Below are positions 23,731 to 36,679 of a DNA stretch of 60,000 nt, piece after piece. The notes beneath the pieces are model-generated. The model ran no database searches and was not told the origin of the DNA. It saw nothing but the letters and a program-made list of their open reading frames with translations. How positions within the stretch are numbered: position 1 is the first letter of the stretch; the number at the start of each line of letters is the position of its first letter. Origin of the DNA: Callorhinchus milii (Eukaryota); contig NW_024704742.1 in assembly GCF_018977255.1 (NCBI RefSeq), forward strand, positions 3,908,001-3,968,000. Direction: 5' to 3'. Made by a program: the position numbers and the translations under genes.

Positions 23731-25305
23731 AATGCAGCACGTGGCCATGCCTTCCCAGAATGTCGCAGGTTTGAATCAATGATCTGTGTTGAGTTACGGT
23801 TTTGTAGGCAGGAGAAAACAGTGAGAAAGACGAATACACTGGTTGTGAAACATTCTCTCACTGTCTTAGTCTTAAAAATGTTTAGCAGCGAGTTCCTCCC
23901 ATCATCACCATCATCATCATCATCATCGTCGTCGTCGCAACCGCAAGGTTGTGGAGCGTTTGATGGACTGGTGGGTTTTGCTCACTTTTCAAAGAATTTC
24001 TACTTTTTGTTGACATGTTAAGGCTACAGTCAAACTATTTTGTACTTTATCAAATACATTTGTAGTAAATTAGTAACAATGTCTTTGAAGGGGCCCACAA
24101 GTCTTCCCCAAGGAGTTCCTAGGGATCTGATGAAATTGACTTGATTAAAGCGCTCCATATAACAAGTTCATACGGTCCCTGCACACTGTGCACCTTTGGT
24201 AACACACTGTTATTGCACAATATTGAGTTTGAAGAGCAAGGCCAAATCTTTAGTGATGTGATTGAGCTGTCCGCAAACTAATATTGTGCAATGATTCTTT
24301 GATAATACACCTTTTTACCATCGGAATATAGCATATGCTTTCATTTTTATTGTATTTCTGTTTGTTCGTTTGCAGTGGAATTGAATAGACTCCAGCTTTA
24401 CCCTGAGTCTCAAAGGACTGTCCCTCGAATGTTGACTTGCATTTATTTGCCTGTTGGGATTCGATTCAATGTGTTCCAGCCGTGAGCTGCATTATTTCAG
24501 TTCAGAAACTGAGAATACAAATGGAATTTAGGGCATGATTTCCTTGCCAGGCCAGGTAGGAATTCAAATTGGTCTTAATTGGTCCCTCGTACCTCTCTGC
24601 CCCCCCTCATCCCAACCCTGCATCGCCCCCCCCACCACCCACACTCGGGCCGAGCGTTCAGTGTCTTGAGACGTCCTCCCGATGTGAAAGGCGCTTTACA
24701 AATGTAATTTTGTTGTTGTTGTTAATCCCTTGCTCTCATTAGCCTTGGTTGCTGACACTCAAACATCTTACCTGCACGATTATATTGTAAGATAATTTGT
24801 TATTACATGTTTAAAGAGAAACCTCAACATGCTGCTTTACATTTACAAGTGTTGGTTATGTACACCCTGACCTTTGATGTTTTCTGAAATGCTCTCACAT
24901 CGACCCCCAAACCTGTACCACATCATTGTTGTATTTTGACACGTCAGCCGGAATGTCTTGTGGTTTCGAAATCTTATGTATGTTTCTCATTTTTCATACG
25001 AAAATAAATTTTGCAAAGCAAGTACAAAATATAATTATTTGAAATGAAGCGAGATCTTATATAGTGTATTTAAGAGGAAACTTGATGCAAAAAGAGGGAG
25101 AAGGGAATACTATACAGACGTACGGAAGACAGGATGAAAGAGGTCAATGTGGAGTGTAAGCACAGACCGGTTGTGCTGAATGGCCCGTTCCTATGCTATA
25201 ACAATGTAATTCTGATTCAACCACACTTGGAATACAATCACAAGACTCGGAATAAGTCCCAAAATGATAACACAAAACAGTACTTGTATACTCCATTGCA
25301 TCACA

Positions 25306-25658
25306 GGAGTCCTGTAACTCAGTGATTAGAGCATGCAATTCGCAAGGAAGAACCTAGGGCAAAATATCGGGCAAGTTTCCTTACTCCACACGCCTCTGTA
25401 TACCCAGCACTAAGTAGGAACCTGGATGTTAGTCGATGGGCGGATCGCTTTTTGATGGGTAATAATTCCTTCAATTAAATAATAATAATAATGGTCACTC
25501 AATCAATGACTATTTGCGGGACGCTGCTGTGCGCAATTGACTGCTGCGTTTCACCCACAAAATATACAGTCAATTCACTTTACAGTGTATTCTGTGAAGC
25601 GCTTTGAGACGTGTCAAAGCTGTGATAAGGCACTATATTAAATGCAGGGATTATTATT
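25306..25658 (+). mobile_element. SINE family A, full length, with 6-bp TSD
   Basis: Head ggagtcctgtaactcagtg; atcaca flanks both ends (25300-25305 and 25659-25664). Confidence 0.9.
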
Positions 25659-25989
25659 ATCACATGATGATGAATGTATCTATGGATCTATGCATTCAAT
25701 CCATCTATCTCTTACCTTCCTCCAAGAGGATGGAGTGTGTGAAGTGTTATAAAGATCTCTCGACTTCTCTCACACATTAATAATCAAATTTAAGCAGGAA
25801 GTCCAAAACTGGATCCTTTATTCTTACTGGGCATCATAAGAATCTCTTCATAATATTGACTTCTAGCTGTTCTCACATGGTAAAGGTCATTGGATTTTGT
25901 TTTAACTCATCTCGGACGATGCTGACAGGGACAACATTTATTGCCCACCCCTCGTGGTTTTCAATGCTCCAAGACACTGCCCTACGTGA

Positions 25990-26432
25990 AGAGCACCGTA
26001 TAAATGCCGAGAGAAAGAAGGAGGTCTGGTCAAAGAGGAAGGTGTTCAGTTATAATCTAAAAGAAGGGAAGGAGGTGGCAAGGCAGGGGGATCCAGCGAG
26101 AGATTCAAAGCTTTGGGGTGTAGTGGCTGAAAGCAAGGCCACCAATGGTGGACCAGAGGGGATGAGGGACGAGCAGGAGACCAGAGGCGGCTATGCGGAG
26201 GCAACGGGTAGTGGAATGGAGGGAGAGGTCAGAAAGGTAGGCAGGTGCCAGGGCTTGAACAGATTTGTAGACAACCGAGAGGATCTTGAAGTCGATCCGT
26301 TCTGTGATTGGGAGCCTGTGGGGCCTGGCGAGGACTGGTGTGATGGAGGCACGGAGTTTAGTGTGGGTGAGAATACAGGCAGCGGAGTTCGGAATCAGTT
26401 GTAGTTTGTGGGTGTTGGAGCTGGGGAGACCT
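25990..26432 (-). mobile_element. L2 LINE RT C-terminal fragment
   Basis: ORF 26105..26503: GLPSSNTHKLQLIPNSAACILTHTK..SITPVLARPHRLPITERIDFKILSVVYKSVQALAPAYLSDL. Confidence 0.9.
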
Positions 26433-26700
26433 GCGAGTGACAGACACCAGTGGTGTGTTGATGTAAGAAAAGGAGTGCACGGTTTCGAGGAACGCCATGT
26501 CAATATGGAGGAAAGACATGAAAGATAAAGTCAGAAGGATCGACAGCAGATTCCCCCCTGGATCGTGGTTATGTGCGGCTTGTGGTAGACAATGTCTGTC
26601 ACATATTGGCCTGCAGTCATCAACGTGTTCATCTGCCATGAACTTATGTTCCCTTCATTTTTGGTACTATCACCCTTGAGTATGGAGGGACACACTACTT
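26433..26700 (+). mobile_element. RTE-clade LINE 3' end
   Basis: DRHQW..VRKGV..FEE..CAACGRQCLSHIGLQ(fs)HQRVH, the C-terminal CxxC..H..H motif typical of RTE ORFs. Confidence 0.8.
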
Positions 26701-28004
26701 TTGGTCTGGTCAAGGCAGTCTTCACGGACTGCTTATAAGGAAAACCCATTTCATTGCTATTCTTTGCATCCGCTATTATGTGCTCGCTATCGATTAAAGA
26801 ATGTGAAATTAACTTTGTCTGTGTGCCTTTCACTTTGTTTCTTCTCTCCTTGTTTTCTCCAACAGGAAAGGTAAAGGTACAGTACCTTTAACAATTAGGC
26901 TGTGACACATCAGTAAATGCATCCTCTTCTTTCCTGAGTCATGGAGCATGAAACCCCTCTGACAATCAGGTCAGCTATTGTTCCAGGGTGGATCAGTAAA
27001 ACTCCCACGAGTCCTCTCTCAAACTGAAATTGCTCAACAAGATCGCTGGGTCTTGATCTGAATTCAATGCCATTGTTTCCAGGACAAGATAGTTAGTTCC
27101 ACCTGGTTGCTCATATTCTTTTACGAGTGTTCTCAAATTGTCAGAGGACTTGCTTCGCTCTCCCACTACAATCGGACAAGCTTCTCTCAGGTGACTGCAC
27201 CTTTGACATCAAGTCGGCCAAAGGCTCTTTAGCAGCACTGGGAACTTGTGCTTGATTTGACACAGTTTTTTTGTGAGGCGGATTACAATAATTCCCAGTC
27301 GGAGGCAGAAACCTGGAGGTCAGAGTGCTTAACGTCGGACAAAACAGAGCCATTCACCTGCCATTGTTACAACAGCGATAAGTAGCTGATAGCCCTAGTT
27401 CAATGTGAATACCATAATGACCCCACTTGTGGAACAGTATATCTCTGTGTTATCAGCGTCTGTAGTCACTCTGATTACCATATTGTACCTAGAATATGTC
27501 TGACTACAAAAATACTTTGAATTGCTGATTTAAACACAAGCCTTACACCTAAAATAAACCGATTCAAAAACTATCCACGACAGTATATGAACTCTTCCAT
27601 GTGCCATCTACCTACTTGCTCTGCTCTAAGAAGCGAGACCAAATAAACAGACCAGCTGCCTCTTTATTTATGCCTGTTGACACCTTTCGCCAGACATTGC
27701 TCTCAAAAGTAAGCTATGTGGTTTTAGCTGGTTAAACTCCAGCAACATCCTAACGTACACTCTGAGGTCACCTAAGCAGTGGCTCTCACTCATCCTTACT
27801 TGATATTCTCCGTAATTAGGTAAAGAAGGGTGACTGACATATTATCTGAAGCAAGGTCATTTCCATGTGTAGGTGGCATACGGATGTGGAAGTCTCAGTC
27901 TGCTTTCTATATGTTAAGCATGGTTTCGGGTTTCTCCGTGTATTACTTGGCTGCCCAGATGCTGACTCTACCACACTGAGCTGGTATGTAACTTGTCTGA
28001 CCCC

Positions 28005-28400
28005 TAACTGTCCTTCTGACCGTATATCCAGGTTCTCACCCTTTCGGCTTTCCCTCATCTCCGCAACATCACCCCACTGTGACACTACCTCTGCCGCTCT
28101 CCCCGCCCCTCCCCAGGCTGCTAACACACTCAAGCCTTCATCAGTAGAATCCAGGCTCGATTTTTCTAACATCCTGCCAGGTAGAGCCCCCAATATTTTG
28201 TCCACACACTGCAGGCCAACTCAGAGCTCTGCAGCCCATTTTCTCTCCTACGCCAGGCTCCACAAAGTCAGATCCACTGGCTCTCCTTCGCCCAGAATCA
28301 AATCAAGATTCTCATCCATATTTTCAAATCCCTCCGCTGCCTCACCCCACCCTACCACTGGTGACCGACCTCCTGTGACCCTACTACCCTATTTGCTCAC
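28005..28400 (+). mobile_element. L2 fragment, strongly decayed
   Basis: HLRNI, SRLDFSNIL and RIKxKIL-like motifs spread across frames. Confidence 0.65.
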
Positions 28401-28479
28401 TCTGCACAGCAAACACCAGCCTCAAGACCAATTTTTGGACCACACTTTCAGGCACATTCATTGGCCCGTAACAAGATAA

Positions 28480-28725
28480 CGAGGGACTATCTCTGCCAAT
28501 TGATAGAGGAATCCAACACAAGGGGCACAGTCTGAAAATTAGAGTCAATCTGGTTCAATTTGTGAATCGAGAATACATTTCTTGAATCGAAGGATTGTAA
28601 ATGTGGAACTCACTGATCAGACGGCTGATGGTGCAGAATCGATTGAGATGTACAAAAGGGAAACGGAGAGACAAATGGGCCAAATTGCCTCCTTCTGTGC
28701 TGTATAATTCTTTGATTCTATGATA
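28480..28725 (+). mobile_element. CR1 3' end
   Basis: acaaggggcacagtctgaaaatt...cctccttctgtgctgtataattctttgattctatgat tail. Confidence 0.75.
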
Positions 28726-29713
28726 GTGTATTAAAGGATATGAGCAAAGTTCTGTTTTGAATGCTGATGAAATGTACGCTTGGTTCATTTGAAATGCTTT
28801 GCCCCTCAAAGCCAGAGTATTTTGAAAAAAACTGCTTGAATTTAAAAAAAAATGACTGTCATTTTCGCCTCACAAATTTTCGGGTACGTACAGTACACAG
28901 AAATGATAGGAAGCAGCAGAAATGAGGTTCAGCTCCAGAATTAGAGTGCTTTTATATTTGGATCAAATTCATCTGAAGAGTTTGGCTTTTTCCCTGTAAG
29001 AACAGGTAACTGGATACGTTATACAGTGAGGATACTCACTTGTCAACCCCAATGTCAGAACACTTTCACTAATGCCTGTCATGAGAATTCCACGACAAAG
29101 ACCGATTGATAAAGGTGCCAAACAGCTCAATACGACTGCCCTCAAAGGGTTCCTTTTAGGTACCTCTGAATGCACAGGCCCCAGACACTATCTTAAAAAG
29201 ATAGTTGGAGCGAGCGAGCGAGTGAGAGAAAGAAAAAGAGACGAGCGTAAGGAACGAAAAGACATAGGACGCAAAGTTGCCCAGTGGCTGCGAAGGGAAC
29301 GTTACTCACTGATCTAAGATCATCTCACGCACTTGTCTTGTATTCCCTTTTTTAAGACTTTGTCTGATCTTGCCTACAACAAGCTGATTGGTGGGCTCTG
29401 CCCAGTGTCCCTCCCGTTATTTCAACTGGGTGGTTCCGACGGGGCTGGAAACAGAAATAACCATCAGTGTAAAACTATCTGCTGCATTAACCTTAGCAAG
29501 GACTCCCTTCTTTGCTCTAATCTTTCAGCGGGGCCCAAGGGAGGCTAAAGTTTAGATAGGCCTATTCTCCGGCAGAACTTTGATTCTCTATTAAATTCCT
29601 TATAATGAAGAGGACTCTGGGATCTCACGTTGATCAGTCTGCTCTGCTCAGAACAACAGGACGGCCGCTCAGATAGAAGCTCATTGTTCAAACTTCTTTT
29701 TCAGAACTAGAAT

Positions 29714-29746
<33 letters not shown>

Positions 29747-29753
<7 letters not shown>

Positions 29754-30118
29754 AGAAAATTTCAAAGCGCAAACCCTACTTGCTGGTTTTAAATGATTTC
29801 CAGCCACTTTTAAAACGCTACTCGGGAAGATATTACTCACAACAATGCGAGAGTCAACTTTTACGCAAGGTTTAATCACTGGCTTGATATAACTAGCTCC
29901 ATCCACGGCTCGCGCCTAAGCCACTTTGGATTATTTTGCTCTCAAACTGTTAGCACAATTAATTCCGATAGGCACACTTGCGAGCGAATTTATTGCTGCA
30001 TGTAATGCATATTGCATGAGGAATGGGTTCGTTAGCTGGGCTTAAGCCACCTTCAATAGTTTTAAAACCCGATGCATAATGCAAAGAAAATCACAATCAG
30101 ACCCATTTTTTTCTCTCC
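29747..30118. mobile_element. Palindromic MITE-like relic
   Basis: Termini ggagaaaat / attttttctctcc; internal inverted pairs ggttttaaa/tttaaaacc and ggcttga..aactagc/gttagct..ttaagcc. Confidence 0.45.
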
Positions 30119-30534
30119 TAATGAACTACAGTCCAAATCTTTTCTGTACAGTTACAAGTATATAGTTGACTCTCTTCAGGGCATGCACTTTGCAGTATTT
30201 CTGTCTCCACCTGTTTCTTCGGTTACCCGATGCACTATTCTTTAATACGTCTCCTCAATTAGGAATCTGAATAAGAACATCTAACAGCAACCAAAAGTAC
30301 ATCACACTGCACCTCAGGCTAACACGATCTACTTCTGGAGCGGAGTTTCTGGTGGGATCCACAGGAATTCTGATAGGGGAGATAATTCCTCCAACTAAAC
30401 TCCAAAGAATTAGCTGTTTATACTAGTAACTGGAGACATTTTGCTCAGGTTACACACTTTGCTGCTTTACACCACCAATTACACTCCGTCTCTTCTTTAG
30501 AAGCTGCATAACATGGATGCGAGTTAAAAGTTTG

Positions 30535-30757
30535 TAATAATCCTTACATTTGATATAGGGCCTTGCATGTAAAGAGGGCGTCTCAAAGCACTTCACAGGA
30601 CTTACTGTAAAATGTGGTGTAAACATTAGTCAGGGGATGTTGGCCAGGACACCAGGAGAAACTCCCTTCTCTTTTTGAACAGTGGCATGGGATCTTTAAC
30701 ATCCACCTGAACAGGCAAATGGGGGCTTGACATCTTATCCAAAGGTCAACATCTCCA
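30535..30757 (-). mobile_element. SINE family B fragment
   Basis: ttggccaggacaccaggagaaactccc...gggatctttaacatccacctgaacaggc. Confidence 0.8.
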
Positions 30758-31068
30758 ATAATAATCCTTCCATTTGATACAGCACTTTTCACATCTTCGA
30801 GACGTCTCAAAGCGCTTCACAGAATATACTGTAAAGTGAATTGACTGTATATTTTGTGGGCGAAACGCGGCAGCCAATTGCGCACAGCAGCGTCCCACAA
30901 ACAGTCGTGGATTGAAGGACCAAATTATTATTATTGTTTTTTCTTTTTGAGGGATTATTATCAGATGTGCGGAGTGAGGAAACTTGCCCAAGGTTTCACC
31001 CTGGCAGGAATCGAACCCAGATCTCTCACTTGCGAGGCGAGCGCTCTAACCACTGAGCTACAGGACTC
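30758..31068 (-). mobile_element. SINE family A, short variant, intact head
   Basis: Reverse-complement head ctctaaccactgagctacaggactc, core and tail. Confidence 0.9.
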
Positions 31069-31739
31069 AATAATCCAGTACATGAGAAGTGTGTGTGTTG
31101 GGGTCTGCCTTTAGCAAACGCACAGCCCAATCGGTATAGCAAATATCATAAGACTTCTAATAACAGTGAGCAAAATGGCTGACGTTTTTACCTAAGGAAA
31201 CAGTCACTACACTTGGCACGTGTGAAGCTCTTTGAAACCTCTTGCTGACATAACGTGCTGTAAAAAAAAAATGTAGGGGTTATATTTTTACACTGTCCCA
31301 TTTTAAAGGCATATTGAAAAAGATGGTGATTCTGCCGATCAGAATAATTTCGATTCCTGTTGGTGCGGTCTGAAGAGTTGAACTTTCCTAAGCACGTACA
31401 TCTCCTCCGGCTGACGTCTGCGCCCCGGCTAGCCTGGTGATCCTACAGGGTCACCGACTTTCACTGTCCCATCCAAATCAGGCGTTCCATTATGAGAGGA
31501 ATAATGGTGGTGACTCCTGAGGGTGAACGTCGATAGTTTTTTTTGTGGTACTCCCAAATCTGCTCTTCAAAATTTAAATGAAGTGGAAAAGCAAAGTGAA
31601 CGCGGAGTGAACGCGACCCAGGGGTGTAAAATGCTGAGCAACAGATGATGTTGATACGAACAGGCTTCGAAGCAAAGAAATTTTAAGCATAGAAGAAGTC
31701 CATTCAGCCCATCGTGCCCGTGCCAGCTCTCTGTACAAG

Positions 31740-32022
31740 CCATCCCACAAAATATAGTCAATTCAGTTTACTGTACATCCCGTGAAGCACTTTGAGACGT
31801 TTCGACGATGTGATAAGGGCTGTATTATTAATTATTATTATTATTATCCATTTAGTGCCAGTATTATTATTATTATTAATAATTGCTGTGCGCAATTGGC
31901 TGCCGCGTTCGCCCACAGATATACAGTCAATTCACTTTACAGTGTGTTCTGTGAAGCGCTTTGGGACGTCCTCCCGACGTGAAAAGCGCTATATCAAATG
32001 CAAGAATTATTATTATTATTAT
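31740..32022 (+). mobile_element. Two tandem SINE family A 3' fragments
   Basis: Two successive gtgaagc..ttt..gacg stem-loop ends with (tta)n tails. Confidence 0.75.
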
Positions 32023-32499
32023 TAAAATCAGGAAGTGTATCCAGTATTTGTGTCTGGGAATCTCTGGCGTTTTTGTACAAACACCCAATTCAAAGCGAGA
32101 ATCATACCCCAAAGACCAAGTGTTGTTGTCACAGAGTGGAATATGTGAACCAGCCTCGCAGCAAATGTAGTTGATGATGAATCAATCAACTTCTTCATAA
32201 ATAGCTGAAAACGAATTTGCTCAGAGAGGGCGTGAAAATAGCTGCAGATTAAGATAAACAAATGATTCGTTGAATACAATGGCTTTGAGGCCACGGTATT
32301 TTTCCTCATTTGCAATTACAGGGAATATATTTATGTGGAATTTTCTCCCGAACAGATTGGACTGATCAATGATAGGATCAGTTTTATGTGGTCTGTGGTG
32401 GAGGGGAGAGGATAGGGCCGAATGTCATTTCTTTGTTCCATCTGTTTTATGCTCGTAACGACTGGAGAACTATACTGTCGCTTAAGAATCATTAGCACC

Positions 32500-32660
32500 T
32501 CTTCAACCCATCATCCCCTGTCCTCTACCCCATTTTCTCCCTCCCAACGTGCCCCAGTTCTGACGGAAGGTCGTGGACCCGAAACATTGACTCACTTTCC
32601 TTTCTCCGTAGATGCTGCCTGACCTGCTGCGTGTTCCCGGCCACGTCCGTTTATGTTTTG
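32500..32660 (+). mobile_element. Penelope-like element end with decayed hammerhead core
   Basis: cagttCTGACGGaaggtcgtggacccGAAACattgactc...agatgctgcctgacctgctg. Confidence 0.6.
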
Positions 32661-32824
32661 GAGAACTGTAGGGACAACGAACAACAAATAGACGGTTCGC
32701 GGAAAGTGGTGAGTGTGTGAAGCAGACCACCCAGGTGAGGGCAGATTGTGTCAGCAAGGTTCACGAGGGAATTTGATGAACAGAATTGTTTGCGGGAAGC
32801 AGTCACCGGAGAGGTTTGATCGTT

Positions 32825-32980
32825 TTGCGGGGACGCTGCTGTCCGCAATTGGCTGCTGCCTTTTCGCCCACGAAACACACAGCCAATTCACTTTACAGTA
32901 TATTCTGTGAAGCGCTTTGAGACGCCTCAACGACGGGATAAGGCGCTGTATCAAGTGCAAGGATTGATTATCGTTATTAT
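32825..32980 (+). mobile_element. SINE family A 3' fragment
   Basis: Deu-like core plus tail. Confidence 0.8.
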
Positions 32981-34827
32981 TATCGTTATAGAGAGGTATT
33001 CGAGATAGAAGATGATAGAATTTTTAAATAGTGTTTAACTTGGGGCTGCCCAAATCGGACTGCAACGGTATTTTCCTGGTCCCGATGCCCGATTATAATA
33101 TGGACATCACACTATCAGCCGACTTCGCCAAAGGTTTCGTGCTTGTGCCAACGGGAACTTCAGCCCACAAGGTATTTGGCTGTCTTTCTGGGAACATTTG
33201 ATCTCAATGTCTCTTTGGTGTTCGTTAGTAAAGTGTTGAAATGTACTTCTGCAGAGGAAATATTGGTGAATTGCACCAAGCCAATTAAAAACTTTGCTCT
33301 GACACTGTGAAATGTTGAATCAAGAATAATAGAAATATAACTTATCTATGGCGTTAGATTATCTTTACACGCGGACGTTAAGAATCTATTCGCTATTTCC
33401 GGTTTTGAAAATCCGAAGGGAGTAGAGTGGGCTTTTTCCCTCTGTTTTCGTGTCGCATTATTTGCCCATAAAATCATCAGTCTGCAAAAACGAATAGATT
33501 TTTCAAAAGCCTCTCTTTACCCACTCGCCGCCCCCACCACCCCCTCACGCCATCCCACCTCACCCCCCCGCCCACCCCCCCACACCCCCCAAAAAAAAAG
33601 GCTCGTTGTCTGTAACACTGATCATGTTTCTGAGAAATTACTGCATGCAGCAGATCAAGTCAGATAAAGTTACCCGTTCTGTTTTATCCTTTAGAATTAT
33701 TAGAACTTTAGTCCGTGATGAAAAGGACACCATGCACTAATAGTGCGTGTTCCCATGGTGACTCGGTTATGTAAAATAAAAAGGCGATGGCGCATGACCA
33801 CCTTTTCCTTTCTCGCCCTTCGCTAAGCGCCGAGGAGAAACATGAATTCCCAGCGGGAGGCAGTAAATTCACCGCGAAGCACACTGCGACACTCGCGGAC
33901 GGCCACGGCGCCACACAACAAAAGTAGAGAGAGAGAGAGAGAGAGGGGGAGAAAGTGCACCACAGGCCCAGAGTACGCGACCAAGACGTCACAAAACGGT
34001 GCATCGCTCTCCTAAATGAAGGCGAAAGCGTTTGCATTTATTTAACGGGTCAGAAGTCGCGGGCATTCGTGTTGCCATGTAACCTTTATCCTGGGGCACT
34101 TTGCAGGCTCTATTTAAACAGGCAATTCGATGGCGTGATCAGGCGTTGTATGTACCAAAATGCAAGGATCATGATGTATCGTAAAATCACTTCGGATGAA
34201 ATGATTGTCGATTTTGCCATATTTTCTGGTTTGGCGTTTTGTCATATTTCTTTTCAAATCAGGAAGAAAACTCGACCCTTCTCGGTACGCTGTCAGCATC
34301 GGGCAACTACGGCATTTTCTTTAGCTGTTCCGAGCATACTCGAGCGTGCTCCAGAGCTACGGGAAAGAAAGAACTTGCCTTTTTAAAGCATGTCTCAAAG
34401 CGCTTCACAGGGAATCACTGTCGAGCGTAGTGACTGTTTTGTAAGGACACCTGGCAGCCGTTGGTCCCAGAAAGATCCCAAGAAACACCTATGAGTTTTT
34501 GAGTGAGCAATTAGTGCGAACTCTATCAGGGGCGATGGTGTGCATTTGTGAGGGTGATTTAAAGATCTGCCTCATCCTCCCCCCCCCACCCTCAGGTCAT
34601 TCAGTTCATCTTTTCCTCCCAAAATATTGTCCTACACATTCATTCGCCGCCAACTCCCACCACCCCCCTCCTCCCATGCACAGACACAAACCCATATCTC
34701 CAATCTCTCAACAAGAACTTACTGCGCTGTCTCCTACTCTAGGAGTAAGGAAGGTGACCCAAATTGAGAAGTTATGGCTCAGATACTTTACTCTGTCTTG
34801 ACACTGTCACTGACCTCGGAGTGTGGG

Positions 34828-35145
34828 ATAATAATAATGATAATAATAATCCTTGCATTTGATATAGCGCTTTATCATTTCTTCGAGACGTCTCAAAGCG
34901 CTTCACAGAATATACTGTAAAGTGAATTGACTGCATATTTTGAGGGTGAAAGGCCACAACCAATTGCGCACAGCAGCGTCCCGCAAACAGTCGTGGATTG
35001 AGTGACCAAGTTATTATTATTTTTTAAGGGATTATTACCCCTGGAAAGGCAATCCTCCAATCAACGAGCAAATGGGGTCCTACTTACTGCTAGGCAAACA
35101 GAGGCGTGTAAAGTAAGGAAACTTGCCGAAGGTTTCTCCCTGCCG
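34828..35145 (-). mobile_element. SINE family A, head lost
   Basis: Tail, core and Meta/CORE-like segment. Confidence 0.88.
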
Positions 35146-36679
35146 TTACTGTTAAATTGTAGTAACCTTTAACATGCATTTGTTTGATGTGACTGATTAA
35201 TTGCGCTGATGATAAGGTTGTGGGCAGACATGTTGCCATTAGGGACAACTGGTTTTGCATAGCAAAGCATGCATCAGAAACACAATTGTTAACGGATAAA
35301 ATCCCATGAAATTAGTAATTATTGACAGGACAGGCCAGGGCAGAGACACCTGAGGACTCTGGACTAAGTTGCCAATATATAAGCCAAGAGTCTTCTCACA
35401 AACTGTATGGTCTAAATCTCTTTGTTCAGCAAGTGACAGCGAACAAGTGTTTGTGCAAAGCCGTGTTATTTCATAATAATGATACAGAGACACATTACGA
35501 GCTTCCTGTCGCTAACTATGAGCAGTACTTTATTTTTTAACAGCTTGAACCTGTATGCTTGCATTGCAGCTGATGTTTAATTTATAATTTAAGTGATATT
35601 CTTGTCCATATACGTTAATTGTCTGAACAGTTGGGGTAAGTTTCGGCCTGTCTGTCAGTAAATCATTGGTAGCAGATGTTAAAACTGACAAGTTCTGTTT
35701 GGAAAGTGACAGTATTGCAGATCTCAGATAAAACTGTATGTGAAGTTATTTTTATTATGTTCCCTCCGTCCTCTCTTTCAAGGTACACCTCAAAATGTGC
35801 CTCTTTAACCGTGTTTTTGTTCACCTTTCCCTTCCTCACCCCTGTCAACTCCCGCCCTCAGCACCAGTGCCAACATAGAATTGTCAAGCTCTTTGGGATG
35901 TCCTCTCGACGTGAAAGGCGCTGTTATACAAGTGCAAATTGTATTGTGTTTTATTGTTTTTTTTAATTGATCAGTTCCTTTCATCTTGTGACAGTTTTGT
36001 CAATGTCTCAAACGGATGCAAGAAACGTTGAGACAAAAGTAAAAGCAACACAAATTCATGAAAAAAACGTTAAGGAATAGCTGAGTATTCTTTTACTGTT
36101 ATTTACATGTCTAAGTAACGTTTCTGTATCTTTGGAACAAAAGAGTAATCTGTTGGTACAATTCAGTTGTTGTCCACACAATAAGTTACTGATCTCTTCC
36201 ATATTGGGAGCAAGATCCCCTTTGCCTCTAAATACACCATTTATATTACTTCAGCCAATTTTTCTTACATTTTCTCCCCTCCGCCTCCCTAAAGGCATTT
36301 TGACTCTACTGTATGTATCCACATAAGACGTTCACTCTTATTGTACCTCGTACAGTGGCTGCTATTTAGTATATGAATCTTGGCGATGGTGTCTGGCTAT
36401 TCAGTGGGTGGGGGGGAGGGGGTGGGGAGTGAATCACAGATGAGCTCGATCACGTCCTCATCCGACTCCAGAAATGATATCTTCCAGAAAAGAATAACTG
36501 GATAACGAGATTTTAGAATTCTTCTCTTGTAAATGCACACAGTGTTAATTACAAAAGGAATTTCAACCTCTGGTGAACCGGTGGCATAACCATCATTTTC
36601 CATACGGTGAGGGTACTTGGGTGTATGCAACCAGTACCACAGGACTGTTGTCCTCCCGAGGGCAGGCCAGTCACTGGGG

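Noticed and set aside
25856..26404. 182-aa plus-strand ORF
   Set aside because: Antisense shadow of the minus-strand L2 fragment
27865..28479. 204-aa ORF, the longest in the window
   Set aside because: Runs through a decayed L2 copy with low-complexity S/P content; no host-gene signature
28764..28800. Second hammerhead-like CTGATGA...GAAA
   Set aside because: Stem II is out of register and there is no convincing stem I/III or cleavage triplet
29041..29195. Minus-strand exon (GTGAGT donor, pyrimidine tract upstream)
   Set aside because: All frames from the best acceptor contain stops and the peptide is not recognisable
30746..30991. Recurrent peptides such as [28 protein letters not shown] in many ORFs
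   Set aside because: Chance translation of the multi-copy SINE core, not a gene family
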